Origin: Octopus sinensis
Taxonomy: Eukaryota
Assembly: GCF_006345805.1 (NCBI RefSeq)
Contig: NC_043000.1
Location: 90,706,001 to 90,770,000 of the forward strand
Length of the DNA stretch: 64,000 nt
Direction of reading: 5' to 3'
Shown here: in pieces, positions 40,621 through 54,327 of the stretch
Position numbering within the stretch: the stretch's first letter is position 1
How the letters are laid out: every line of letters starts with the position of its first letter
Notes under the pieces: model-generated
Database searches by the model: none
Seen by the model: only the letters and a program-made list of their open reading frames with translations
Told to the model about the DNA's origin: nothing
Position numbers and translations under genes: made by a program

Positions 40621-41275
40621 AAGTCTCAAATAGATTTCTCAGGGGAAGAGGAGGCTCCCATTATTTTTGACAAAGCTATGAGCAAGGCAGCTCTTCTAGC
40701 AGAAAGGTACTCTGATATAAAACTTTAAGTAAAAATAGTGCTAGTCATCTTACCATGCTTTTCACTGGAACCCAATACGGTGACCGAGAGAGTGGTAAAA
40801 GTGTGGTAGAAGCTTTCGTCACTTAAATCCAGTGACTACAAACGTCTCACTATCGTTTCATTTCTTCATCCGTTTTTCGTATTTTTTAAAGTCCTGTGGT
40901 GATGGAAGCGTGGGGAAAAGTCATATCGGTGCACGCACAAGCAAGGATTACAGTAAACAAAACAATCGGGATGAATGTGCGACGGTTATCTTCTGACAAC
41001 ATGAACAGACATCATATATGTATGTATGTATGTATGTATGTACGTATGTTGTATGTATGTATGTATGTATGTATGTATGTATGTATGTATGTATGTATGT
41101 ATGTATGTATGCATGCATGCATGTATGTATATATGTATGTATGTATGTATGAATGTATGTATGTATGTATGTATGTATGTATGTATGTATGTATGTATGC
41201 ATGCATGTAAATAAAATGAAAAAAGGCAAAAGACATGAAAGCGTGTTTTTGAGAATTTAGTCTTAAACACCCTTA

Positions 41276-41505
41276 ACGCGGCGAGCTGGCAGAAACGTTA
41301 GCACGCCGGGCGAAATGCTTAGCGGTATTTCGACTGCCGCTACGTTCTGAGTTCAAATTCTGCCAAGGTCGACTTTGCCTTTCATCCTTTCGGGGTCGAT
41401 TAAATAAGTACCAGTTACGCACTGGGGTCGATATAATCGACTTAATCTGTTTGTCCGTCCTTGTTTGTCCTCTCTGTGTTTAGCCCCTTGTGGGTAGTAA
41501 AGAAA
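41276..41505 (+). mobile_element. Young full-length SINE B with 18-bp TSD
   Basis: TSD tagtcttaaacaccctta at 41258-41275 and 41506-41523. Confidence 0.95.
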
Positions 41506-41569
41506 TAGTCTTAAACACCCTTAGGAAATATGATGATTACGGACGGAGTAATTTGTTTATAAGCCTTGA

Positions 41570-41775
41570 AACTAACCCTCCTCCCCCTCCTCGTCGTCGT
41601 CGTCGTCCTCCTCCTCCTAACAACCATCCTCATCGTGCTCATACTTATCCTTGTCATCGTCATCATCAACATATTCATCATCGACATCATCAGCATATGC
41701 ATCATCGTCATCATTATCATCATTATCATCATTGTCATCTGCAACAAAAACAACAACAAAAACAACAGCAACAAC

Positions 41776-41809
<34 letters not shown>

Positions 41810-42459
41810 AAACAACAACAACAAAAACAACAACAGCAACAACAACAACAACAAAAACAACAACAACAACAACAACGACAAGAATAACAAGAACAGCGAC
41901 AACATGGGCAACAACAACAGTAAGAAAGCCATGAGGCATCCTAACCAACTGCTTTGACCTGCTGACCTTTCCCAAAGGATGTCAGCCATCTTGATGCCTT
42001 TGTAAGAAAGAAGAGTTATTAATGGAATTTTCGTACTTATTTGTTTTTATTTCGTTTAAAGAAATTTTAAATAGTGTCGTGACGTCAGTTGATAAGACCC
42101 TTGAAGAATGTTTCTTCCAGTTCTAAATAAATTAATTCACCCTTATACATTCTGTTTTGTGTATTTGCGAGATTATTTATGGCTTTCAAATCGATGTCGA
42201 GACGTTTTCTGTTTATTCACAATTACTGTTATTTTTGTTGCTTAAATAAGAAATCATCATCATCGTTATAGTCGTCTGCGTCATCATCGATGTCATGATG
42301 ATGATGATGATGATAATGATGATGATGATGATGAGGAGGAGGATAATGATGTTTATGATGGTGATGATGATGAGGATGAGGATAATGATGTTTATGATGG
42401 TGATGATGGTGATGATGGTGATGACAAAGAAGATGACGATGACGACGACGACAACCTTA

Positions 42460-42500
<41 letters not shown>

Positions 42501-42817
42501 GATAGCAACGATGACAAGGAAACATACACTGCTGCTGTTGATTATAACGGTATTGACGACGATGATAATAAACATGGTGATGATGTTGATGATGATGATG
42601 ATGATGATAATGATGACGATGATGATGATGATAATGATGATGATAACGGTGACGATAACGATGATGATGATGTAAACTATTGTTTGAGAGATCATCATCA
42701 TCATCACCATCACCATCATCATCATCGTAATCGTCATCGTCGTCATCATCATCATCATCATCGTAATCGTCATCGTCGTCATCATCATCATCATCGTAAT
42801 CGTCATCGTTGTCGTCG

Positions 42818-42851
<34 letters not shown>

Positions 42852-42860
42852 TATCATCAT

Positions 42861-42901
<41 letters not shown>

Positions 42902-42930
42902 GCATGGTAATCATCGTCGTCATCAACATC
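41570..42930. repeat. Triplet repeat tracts (CGT/CAT/CAA at 41570-41900; GAT then CAT/CAG at 42250-42930)
   Basis: Direct reading. Confidence 0.95.
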
Positions 42931-43978
42931 GAAATTTTCTGTTGATTTTTTTCTTTCTTTAATTGTAAAATGAAATGGGTAGAGTTTAATGATTGTCAGA
43001 TGAAGCCAACGGCAAATCATGACTCCACCAGCACCGTTTTATCGACGCAGGAATCTACACACGCGATATGTAACATTCGGAGGCACGTCGTGTCTTGCAG
43101 AAAATCCCCATTGGTTTCCTCTCACTTCGTGACACATTCTGATAAGTTGATTTCCCTGCCGTTTCTATAATATAAAAGGGACGGGTATTTACTGATTTTT
43201 AAAAAAAACCTTTCTTTCTTTTCTATTTTATAACGATTCTTTACACTTGCTCTTGTTTCATATAAAATATTAGAACAATAGAATTCTCATAATGGGGTCA
43301 TGAAGTTGTTATTTATTTTAATGAGATAATGAGCTCCTTAATATTCTTAATACTTGATTGTCTTTCTCGTTTTGTTGTTATATATATTTTATATTTATAT
43401 TATAACTGATGGACAACTGTTGGATGAGCAATACTATATGAGTGACATTATCAATATAACCAGTAAAGTTGTGTAAACATCTAAGCGTAATGAATATTAA
43501 AAATGGCCCCCAAACTATGCTGTGAGGGAAAAGGCTTTTAGTCGAAGATTATTGTTATTTTCATCTATCAGTTATGATTTTTACTTATTATTCAAGTACG
43601 GATAGGCTAGATAAGCATGAGTCATATATTTGAATAATAACAAAACCAGTTACTGTTTTGTATGCATTTATTATGTACTTTTCGAGTGGTTAAATATGTT
43701 TTTTATGCAGAAATATATCCTCTTCAGTAGCTGAAAGCAATAGGTTTCTTGCGTAACAACTTGTTAGAAAACGCCTGAAATGCACGCATTAAATTCATTC
43801 GAAATTTAAATTTATATATATAGTTACATCAAAATTGCAAGGATGATCCGGTTCTTGACTGAATATAGAAAGCTTCGAATGACCCATCCTTGTTTTTTTT
43901 CTATCGTCCACCTGGATGTTTTGTTTTTGCTTTTTGTATCATTTAGTTGTCCGGATGTTTTGCGTTCTTGTCCCATTT

Positions 43979-44028
<50 letters not shown>

Positions 44029-44040
44029 AAATATTTGTTG

Positions 44041-44488
44041 TGCAAGATTTTTTATGTGAAGTCGTGTGTTGAAACAGATATTGTTATATTTCGGAATGGT
44101 CATTTTGCCAGTTTAACCAATAAAAACACACGCACTATATATTTAGTGTTATTTTGCTTCAGTGTTATTTATTTTTTACATTAATCTTAATCTTATTTCG
44201 GCCAGAGTTCTTTCGTCACACTCCTGTGACCGCATCAGTGGTCCTTTGTTTTCTTCTTTCTTCTTTGTGTCTCTCCTTACTAACTGACAGTTAGTAAGGA
44301 GAGACACAAATAAGAAAGAAAAAAACAAAGGACCACTGATGCGGTCACAGGAGTGTGACGAAAGAACTCTGGCCGAAATAAGATTAAGATTAATATAAAA
44401 AATAAATAACACTGAAGCAAAATAACACCAAATATATATTGCGTGTGTTTTTATTGGCTAAACTGGCAAAATGACCATTCTGAAATAT

Positions 44489-44496
<8 letters not shown>
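44041..44496. repeat. ~420-bp palindrome (arms ~209 bp, 1-nt centre at 44287) with a hammerhead-like motif in each arm
   Basis: Arms 44078-44286 / 44288-44496, about 8 differences; motif cca-CTGATGC-G-GTCAC-aggagt-GTGAC-GAAA-GAAC-TC-tgg at 44333-44372 (+) and 44202-44241 (-). Confidence 0.85.
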
Positions 44497-44579
<83 letters not shown>

Positions 44580-45184
44580 CGGCGTACGTACACTTTGTTC
44601 TCTTATATGTAAGTACACATTTTACATACATACACGCACGCATACATACATACATACAAACAAAGACACACACACACATACACACACACACGTACACACA
44701 TATTAAAGTGGGTTGTGACACCCAGTGAGAGAGTGACCATTGGTTTCGCACTTATAAATTGCTAAGCAGTATAGAGGACTCTTCAGACACAAAAGGCCGG
44801 CGGCACTTAACGTCTTTAAGTGGAGATTGAAAACTCCACGGTTACTTAGTAAACAAAAAGTATATATACAAACAAAATGTTCGAGTTAGGTTGCCATATG
44901 CGGTACTGGGTTATCTCCCCTACATCGCCTAGACATGTAATATTCTAAGATGCTTGTTTTATTTTTTAATCCAACATCTCGGGTCCGGCTGCGGTGGTGT
45001 TCTAAGATGTTGTTGTTGTTGCTGATTTATTCGACACCTGGGGAGTTCGAAGCTTGCAGGAACGACTCCGGCTGTGGTGGTGTTCTTAGATGCTGCTTGT
45101 TCTAAGAAGGTGATGCCGTTGTTTTTTTTATCCACTCCCCTGAACTTAAACGTGCCACACTGCAAACTTGGAACCAGCCAGATG

Positions 45185-45922
45185 TTTGAGGTCTGAGTAA
45201 TGAAAAGATAAAAGCTGGAGTAATTGATGGGCCTCAAATCGGAATATTGATGAAAATAAGAATTTTGCATTGAAACAATAAGTTGAAATTCATTTGTAAT
45301 AATTGTAAATGACTTTTTGAGCGACAAGAAAGCAGGCAACTATGCCGAATTAGTCAACATGTTGGAGAGCTTTCATAAGTTGCGAGCAAATATGAGCATA
45401 AAACTGCACAGTCACCTTGATAAATTCCCTGAAATCCTGGTGACACAAGTGATGAGCAGGGAGAACGTTTCTATCATGATGTAAAATCAACGGGACAAAG
45501 GTATGAAACAGATGGGACTTGCAAATGATGGCCGACTACAGCCGGAACTTGGCTTGTGTTTCCCTGAGCTTCAGCGCTCAAGAAAATCACCCAAAAGCAA
45601 ATTCGTAGGAAATTAGTCATAAACGATGATGTGATTTGTTTGTAGAAATTTTAAAACATTTTATTAGTATTTTAGTCGAATTTTAAGAAAACATTCCTGT
45701 TTTGAATAAAAGCCAATTTCTATATATATATGTGTCTTATGCCTTGTTCCTCATAAGGTGTTTTATTGAAAAACAATGGCATTCTATGGATCCAATATCT
45801 GAAAACTTTGACGAGATGGAAATAAATGGATGTCATTTTCGGGAGAAAAATGAAACAGAAAAAAAACCTAATTGAGGTCCAAATACCTTGACAATAGAGA
45901 GAAAAAAATTTGTTGGTCTGCT
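45185..45922 (+). mobile_element. Chapaev(3)-like DNA transposon 3' remnant
   Basis: LSNEKIKAGVIDGPQI...NYAELV..L...MSIKLH..SHLDKFPE..GD.SDEQGERFYHDVK...MMADY; terminus-like tttgttggtctg. Superfamily assigned from motif memory. Confidence 0.6.
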
Positions 45923-46236
45923 TTAATCAAGCAATTTACGGAATAGCTGTTACGTAAGCCATTCTTCTCAAAGATTTAATAGTATTTCTTAGATTTTATT
46001 TGGAAGATATACACAATCATCGCGAGTGAAAGAGTGTAGCAGAAAATAGATATATAAGATTTCTTCACATAATTTATTACTCCATATCTAGTTTATTGTC
46101 TTGGGAGTTAGTTCGGAATGAGATGCTGAAGAATTGAAGTCTATGGGAAGATAACAAAAGTAGTTCCTGGTTAGCGTCTTAATAGATTCATATTGAAGTG
46201 TGTAAACTATTTAAGTGCAAACCAATTCCCAGTATC

Positions 46237-46597
46237 TTTTATCTTTTACTAGTCTCTGTTATCCGACTGCGGCCATGCAGGGGCACCGCCTTGAAGGGTT
46301 TTAGTCAAACAAATCGACGCCAAGACTTACTTTCTTGTTCAAGCCTAGCACTTAATCTATCGAACAGGTTTGGCCGAACCGCTAGGTTGCAGGGACGTAA
46401 ACACGCCAGCACCGGTTGTCAAGCTGTGGTAGGGAGATAAACACAGGCACGCACACATATAAAACGGGATTCTTTCAGTTAGCGTATATCGAATCCACTC
46501 ACAAGACTTTCGTCGGCCCAAAGACGTTGCCCAATGTGCCACCCAGTGGGACTGAAACCGGAATCATGTGGTTGGGCAGCAACCATCTTACCACACA
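46237..46597 (-). mobile_element. SINE AC
   Basis: Alignment to other copies. Confidence 0.8.
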
Positions 46598-47159
46598 TTA
46601 AATAAAATGCATAAAAAAATTATATTAAATGAAGCACATTCCAGGGAAAGGATAAACCTCTTTATTTTATCTGTGAAAATTATTAGCTATGCTTGAAAAT
46701 CGGGGTGAATTTCAAAGTAGCAAAGTTACGCTTAAAAACAAATTTGTGTGTAAAACAAAAATGCGAATGTGGAATCGGAATCATTCAAATATGGACAAAG
46801 TATCGAATTGATTAATTCCAGTTCAGGTTAGTTAAGAGTAGATTTTTTAATATTGTTACGAGTTGGTTCATAGGAAAAACTATAATCAGTGTAACGTAAC
46901 TAAGGTACTTGCACTAGAGCAAACTTATCAGAGAGGATCATCAAGACAATATAAGCATCTAATTATGAGTACGGTTGATCCAGAAGTTAGACACCAGGAT
47001 CTACAAGAATCTGATACTGCATAATTGTTGTTATTATTGCGACTATTTTTGTGTCCCTCTGATCCAGTTTTTGTTTCACTTTGATCCAGTCTATCCCTTG
47101 ATCAAAGGCAGTTCAGCTACAAATATTTGTTTTCTTTTAATATAAGTATTTTAATATGA

Positions 47160-48376
47160 AATACGTATTTCTTTTAATATACATATTTTAATATAAAAAG
47201 TATCCGACTTTATGTTTTCCAACAAAAAATAATATCGCTTGGGAAAAATCATTTGAGTGGGAGGTGACGCTACCCTTCCTACGCAAGCGTGAAAACTTTC
47301 ACAGCAGTAAGCCGCGTCAGTTTCCGGCTGTTACGTCTAGAGTACAGACGTGTTCTGCGTTCTCGTCCAATTTTCGTTTGACGCCAGATGAGCGAACGCA
47401 TTGAGCAAAGGTATTGCTTAAAGTTTTGCCAAAAGCTAGGTAATACTCAGGCTAAAGTTAGAAAGATTAATCAGGCATTTGGCGATAGTGCCATGGGAAA
47501 AACTCAGATCAAGGAGTAGTACAACCGCGTTTCAGCGGAGAGCGAGAGATACTCAGGCAAGCTACCCACAAGCCGAAACGAGAAGCTGATTGATAAGACT
47601 CAAGGAATAGCCATGGGAGGCAGTCATGTAACAACCCAAGTGGGAATAAGTACAGGATCAGTGCAGTCCGTTTTAATAGTGGGTTTGTGCACGTGGAGAA
47701 TGTCGGCTAATTCTGCATAGAAATCGCTCAAGATATGTTGGACAGTGCAATCCACAACCGAGACTTCATGAAGACCATTATCACTGGTGATGAGACATGG
47801 GTTTATGGAAGCATCCGTCATCACCAAGTCCACCGAAAGCACGAGATATTTGTAGAAATGTGAAGGTTATATTGACCAGTTTCTTTGACTCCCGCAGTAT
47901 TGTATATCATGAATGCGCACTACTAGGCCAAACAATGAATAAGGAAAACTACCTGGAGGCTATACGTCGCCTTCCTGATGTTATGCATCGAAAGCGACCG
48001 GACATGTGAGTGGCGAAACACGACATTGCACCCTCTAATTCAGGTCACATAATCCAAGGTTTCATGGTCAAGAACAACACACCACTTGTTCAGCAGGCTT
48101 TCTACTCTCCAGACTTCACAGTGTGAATTCTGGCTCTTCCTCAACCTGAAAACCATGCTGGAAAGGAAGCGATTTGAGTAATGAGAGGAAATTATAAGAA
48201 AAGCAACGGCGGAGCAACATATGAGAGATGTTACAGAGTGGTAGAACCGCTGGGAGATGTGTGTGAATTCCCAAGGGTAGTATTTTTGAAGGAGATTAAA
48301 TAAAGATTGTGAAGTTTACAAAATTGATGTTTTTTTAGTGCCTAAAGTTCGGACACATTTTGAACGCATTTCGTGT
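47160..48376 (+). mobile_element. Near full-length decayed mariner transposon (transposase pseudogene ~47388-48299)
   Basis: MSERIEQRYCLKFCQKLG..., ITGDETWVYG, HD.AP, FYSPD, YFEGD*; degenerate TIRs (aaaagtatccgactt / aaagttcggacacatttt); multiple frameshifts. Confidence 0.9.
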
Positions 48377-48378
48377 AC

Positions 48379-48414
<36 letters not shown>

Positions 48415-48559
48415 GGCTAAGGGTCAAATGTATCCTTTACTGTTTTGGACAGTAGGGTATAATTTGCAGAAGATTTTGCTTCTTTTACAATAGTTTTAGT
48501 GATTGAGTATATGCTTATTCATCCGACAAGCCATGCTACGTAATCTTGATAATGGTTTA

Positions 48560-48740
48560 AATGTTCGTACAAGGCTTGCAATTGTTGAGTATAGGGATTA
48601 AACCGATTACACCGTCTCTAGTGCTCTACTAGTTCTTATTCTATCGATTCTGAAAGGATGAAAAGCAAAGGAACCTTGGCGGAATTTGAACATAGAACAT
48701 CAAGAGCCGGAAGAAACGCCGCTAAACATTTTGTAGGAAA
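48560..48740 (-). mobile_element. Diverged SINE B
   Basis: gatgaaaagcaaagg..ccttggcggaatttgaac. Confidence 0.65.
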
Positions 48741-49835
48741 CGCTAACTTATATAATCTTAGTAATGACTACAAAAAGTAAGATGCTTCTTTAATTTAAAT
48801 GTGATAATCCCTTCCATCTTTTATAATAAGCAACTAATATAAATTACATAATTTACTGAGATAAGTATCTGATAAATTATTTTTTAAGTATTTTAATTTA
48901 TTTAAATTGATCTCGAAATGATATGAAATTCTCTTTTGGGGAATGGCTGAAACAATACTATATAATAAATAAACAAATATAATTTAATAAATAAAAGCCC
49001 TCATTTGTCTGTAACTGTATTTTCCTATCATCCAATGAAGTTCATGAGCGTTTACGAAATTTTACTATTTTACTTCCATCATAAAATGAAGAAAAAATAA
49101 AACTGCCAGAACAATATTGACAGAATACGCCGAAACTTTGAGCAATACTAGTTTCTCATTGAAGCAATTATTGTAACATTTGAAGAGAAGTGTCATGTCT
49201 TCCTGTTGTTTAGGTTATTGGTCATGTTGTTATTGTTGTTGTTGTATTTTGGGGGTGTATTTTTGATTTTGTTTTTGCTATTGTTGGGAAATTATATTCT
49301 CCGGTGAGAGAGAGAGAAAGAGAGGAGAGAGACATAGAGTGAGAGAGAGACAGAGAGAGTGAGAGGGTAAGAGCAAGAATACCAGGTATTCATTATCGTC
49401 GCCTGGAAGCAGAAACACATGTAAAATACAACAAAAATATTGAGAAGACATTCGTTGTAACAGAATAATAAATAAATAAATTTTCTTAGGTACCAAATAA
49501 AATATCAAGTCTATTGTGTCCTTTTGTTTTCAATTATCGAAGACAAAAGAACGATTGGCAGGAACCTATTGCTTAACGATGAAGTATGGAAACTATTTCC
49601 TAAACACTTGCATGGTTAATAAACAAAATGGTATGTTTTTTTACTGCTTTCTTATTCCTCGTCTTTGTTTTAATTACTAGCTTTTTTTTTTGGTTCATTA
49701 ATTAAGTGTAAAAGATAAGAACTATTTAATTAAAATATCATTAGCATTTTGACACATTAGTGTTTATCTAGAAATTATTCACGATATCAACACAACCAAC
49801 TTACTATGTTGGAAAATGCTCCCGAAATATAAAAA

Positions 49836-49982
<147 letters not shown>

Positions 49983-50094
49983 TATATATGTATATGTATG
50001 CATATATATATATATATATACACACACTTACATACGCCGAAAACAATAAAAGAGAGATTGAAAGATAGAGAGAAAGACAGGTAGAGCAGGTGCA

Positions 50095-50141
<47 letters not shown>

Positions 50142-50671
50142 CAGAGAGAGACAGAAAGGGAGAGAGTAAGAAGGTGTGAGAGTGTGAGTGAAAAAAGTAT
50201 ATAGATAAAATCATGATTGGTAACCATTTTTTCAAGGCACGATTCTGTGTAGCCTGAAGATAATTCAAACTGTTTCCTGTATATATTTTACTTGCTCAGT
50301 ATGGAAGCTCTTCATGTCAGATTTTTGAGGAATTTCAGATTAAAATCATTAAGATTTTCAGATGGAAATTCTACATTGCTAAATTTTTGGGTAATTTCAA
50401 TAACAACTTGAACTATAATAACGAAAAACAGCAGTGACAACAATAAAACGAAAAATAAAGTGCAAAAGAAAACAAAAGTATAGAAAAACAAAAAAAATTA
50501 ATTGCTATATATATACATACACACACATGTATACATATATACATACCTACATACACATATAGATATACATTATGCACATGTATAGATATGTTAATATAAA
50601 CATATATATTAAATATATGAATATATATATATATATACATGTGTAGATACATACAAACATGCATTCACAAA

Positions 50672-50710
<39 letters not shown>

Positions 50711-50765
50711 TATATGTATATATATATACATATATATATACATATATACGTATATATACATATAC

Positions 50766-50809
<44 letters not shown>

Positions 50810-50844
50810 TACGTAATATATATAACGTACATAAACATGTATAC

Positions 50845-50890
<46 letters not shown>

Positions 50891-51072
50891 TATATACATA
50901 TATATAATATGTTTATATGTATATATAAATTTTCTTATATACTTATCTATCTATCTAAATTTATTTTCTACAAACATACACAAACTCGCAGGCGCTTTGC
51001 GCACAGACACATATTCAGAAATACACACATACATATAAAACCAGTCTGACGATAACGACATGCTGCTACTGC

Positions 51073-51113
<41 letters not shown>

Positions 51114-51133
51114 ATGATGACGATGATGATGAC

Positions 51134-51167
<34 letters not shown>

Positions 51168-51917
51168 ACAGAGTAAGTGCTTTCACATCCATCCATCCGA
51201 ATATCGTAGCCTCCTGCAGTTGCTAGCGATGCAAATTGTTTGAAGATTTTATCTTTTGTAAACTTAAAAGGATTCTAGGAGATATCAGTTTGCTAGATGA
51301 TTGTGTGAAATTAAATGTACGCATCCTCTTGCTGTTATCTCCCATAAGGTGCTAAACTGGGGACCCTAAATATAGTCGAGCATCCAGATGCCAGAGAAAT
51401 CGTTCTTTTTTCTCAGAAGTCTCACTCCAATATTTTAGGGACCGGACAAGAACGACACCTTAGGTAATGGAACCCAAGATGCTACTAGAAAATACAATAT
51501 CACTCGCTGAAGGACTATCTTTAATTACTGGACTGGTCAATCATGATGCATAATGAGCTAATGGTTAGACAGTCGGTTTTGTGAGAACGACGTCACGGGT
51601 TCATCTCTATTGTGTGCCTTATTTAGCCGAGTGTCTTTCACCATAACCGCAAGCCATGTAAATGAAATTGGAACAGTCCGTAGCCTGTCGGCTGGATTGT
51701 ATCTGTACTTCAAAGCAAAGGCACAGACAACCTCTCCATGCTTTCTATGTCACTTTGATTTATTGTGAGAATTACGTTATGGTTACACATTTCTAATACT
51801 CAACCAATATAACCACTAATTCAATGAGTAAGTAAATCAATCGATCGAATACTAACTGGATTCTCGTCGTTGAAACGGAAATTCCCGATGATCAGGGTTG
51901 ACCTGCTGCTAATCCCT

Positions 51918-52126
51918 AACGCCATGATAGACCGTTAGCTCCTACACGCATTTTTTTCTCTCCTTGTTTCTCTCCTTATTTCTTTTCTGTGTATCTTTCT
52001 GCCGAAGAGCGTAGGCTCGAAACGTAAAAGACTTGTTCTATTTCTATTCCTGAGCGCCATACTAATACACTTGTTTGTTTGTACTCCACCTGCCTTCGAC
52101 TTTTGTTTATTTTCGTAAACCTTCCC

Positions 52127-52130
<4 letters not shown>
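51918..52130 (+). mobile_element. Family-G pLTR-like repeat with hammerhead-like motif (51994-52031)
   Basis: tcttt-CTGCCGA-A-GAGC-gtag-GCTC-GAAA-CG-TA-aaaga; homologous to 24488-24672 and 29674-29812; ends in (TA)n. Confidence 0.7.
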
Positions 52131-52176
<46 letters not shown>

Positions 52177-52212
52177 TACCACACACACACACATATACAT
52201 ACATATATCATA

Positions 52213-52353
52213 GGCACAGGAATGGCTGTGTGGTAATACCTTTCTAACCAACCACATGGTTCCAGGTTCAGTCTCACTACGTCTCACTGCCTCGGGCCGA
52301 CCAAAGCCTTGTGAGTTTATTTGGTAGACGGAAACTGAAAGAAGAAGCCCGTC

Positions 52354-52388
<35 letters not shown>

Positions 52389-52995
52389 AAAATATATGTG
52401 TGTGTGTGTGCGCGCGCGCGTGTTTGCGTGTCTCTGTTCCCATACCACCGCTTGACAGCCGATGCTGGTGTGTTTCCGTCCCCGTAACTTAGCTGTTCGA
52501 CAACAGAAACCGATAGAATAAGTACTACGCTTACAAAGAAATAAGTCCTGGCGTCGATTTGCTCGACTAAAGGCGGTGCTCTACTATGACCACAGTCAAA
52601 TGACTGAAATAAATAAAAGAAAAAAAAAATAATATATCAGTTTCTGTTCTTTAACTGCTTCGAGCCTTACTATTCCAAACACGCCCGCCCTGTCAGAAGA
52701 TAACCATCTCACACTCAGCCAAGAAATGACATGGTAGCGAGACATATGCACGTTGTTAGATTCAAGTGATAAAACATGGTTCAATGCTTTTACCACTTTC
52801 TCGGTCGCCATTGTAGGATACAGTGGCAAGCATTGTAAAGCGACTGGCATTTCGTCCGTCCTTACGTTCTGAATTCAAATTTCCTCGAGATCAACTTTGC
52901 CTTTAACCCTTTCAGGTTCGATGAAATGAGTGCCATTAGAGTCGTTATAATAGACTAGCCCTCTTCCTCCAAATTTCATGCCTTGTGCCTAAAGT
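52213..52995 (+). mobile_element. SINE AC (52213-52625) followed by diverged SINE B (~52810-52995)
   Basis: Alignment to other copies. Confidence 0.8.
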
Positions 52996-53283
52996 GAAAC
53001 CCCTCTGCCCCTGGGAAATATATTTAACTTATTGATGGGACCCTGACAGGCACTGGTGTTCCAGATCAGTGCGTATCTGGGAGTACTAGTAATTGAGGAA
53101 TTACTCCGCGTCCTCCACAACTCTAGATTTTCGGTGCCGAGGCACCAGTTGAAGTTTAATGTCAAACACATACATATATACACACACAAACACACGCAGA
53201 AACACACACACACAAATATGTATGCTTACATATATAAATGTAGAAACATATCTGAATACAATGTATATATATATATATATTAT

Positions 53284-53645
53284 CTAGAAGTATCGCCCGG
53301 CGTTGCTCGGGTTTGTAAGGGAAATAATTATATAAGCATTTTTAGAGATATAAAGTATAATAGCCATCTCAATATGGCTAACCACAAGGGGGGTGTTACT
53401 GTAGCTTTTTACGTTCTGAGATTTAATAATACATTTTTAGAGAGTTACTTCCCTTATATAATAGCAAAAAAATGCATTAAAAATGGGAAAAAATTATGGT
53501 AATTTTTTAAAAAATCGTAGACTCATCGTAGACGCACGCTAATACCCAGAAGGGCTCGATATAAATCACGACTAAAAGATACCCGCTTTTGGTTACACTG
53601 CACCGCAAAATGTGGGAGTAGTTAGGAATCTAAATCGTAGGAGCC
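53284..53645 (-). mobile_element. Non-autonomous Helitron-like element, 3' end
   Basis: Reverse complement ends cccg-agcaacgc-cggg...CTAG; an internal segment recurs at 58745-58807. Confidence 0.65.
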
Positions 53646-54019
53646 CCAGCATGGCCACAGCTCATTAGCTGAGACTGGAAAAACAAAGGAAAAACAAACA
53701 AAAACAATATATATGTCTGTGTGTATATATGTGTGTGTGTGTGTGTTCTTTATTGTTCTGTTATAGGTAGGTTCAACAAAAAGAGTATTCCATTCCGTGA
53801 GAGATAAATATTAATCAATATACACAGTAATTCGGCAGACATATATATAATGTGTCCTGTGTCTTTAAGGAATCCTTCTAGCTCATTATCCATGATTGCT
53901 TTAGTTGAAAAACAGGACGCTAATCCATGAAAAACACGAGTAAATTAAAAAAGAGGGCTGATATTGGAACGAGAAAACAAAAAACGAATAAAACGGAAAA
54001 GAAACAATATATATATATA

Positions 54020-54119
54020 TAGTTAATCCAAACAAGAAAGCACAAAAAAACACAAGGCGAGGACGTGGAACAAATATAGTATTATTGGACGCTCAGGAAA
54101 GAAGGAAAGAAGGAAGGGT
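54020..54119 (-). mobile_element. Family-F pLTR-like fragment (homologous to 56742-56845)
   Basis: gttaatccaaacaag...gcgaggacgtggaac...gacgctcaggaaag; cut at the MITE boundary. Confidence 0.7.
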
Positions 54120-54327
54120 GTCCCAAAAGTTGCGCACCACTCTGGTTTTTTAAAAGAATACACCCTTACTGATTTCAAAAATACGTTATTGAAATTAATC
54201 ATAACAAATGCTCAAATTGAGAACCCTCTACATTAAAGCATGCCGAAAAATATATAATAAAATAAAATGCTTTAATTATTTTTTATGAAAACTAGAATGT
54301 GCGCAACTTATGGGACCCGCCCCTGTA
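54116..54327. mobile_element. Tc1/mariner-type MITE (~210 bp)
   Basis: TIRs gtcccaaaagttgcgcac (54120-54137) / gtgcgcaacttatgggac (54299-54316), 17/18 match; right end ...cctg|TA. Confidence 0.75.

Noticed and set aside
42079-42086. CRE palindromes TGACGTCA (also ~55553)
   Set aside because: One or two 8-mers are expected by chance in 64 kb.
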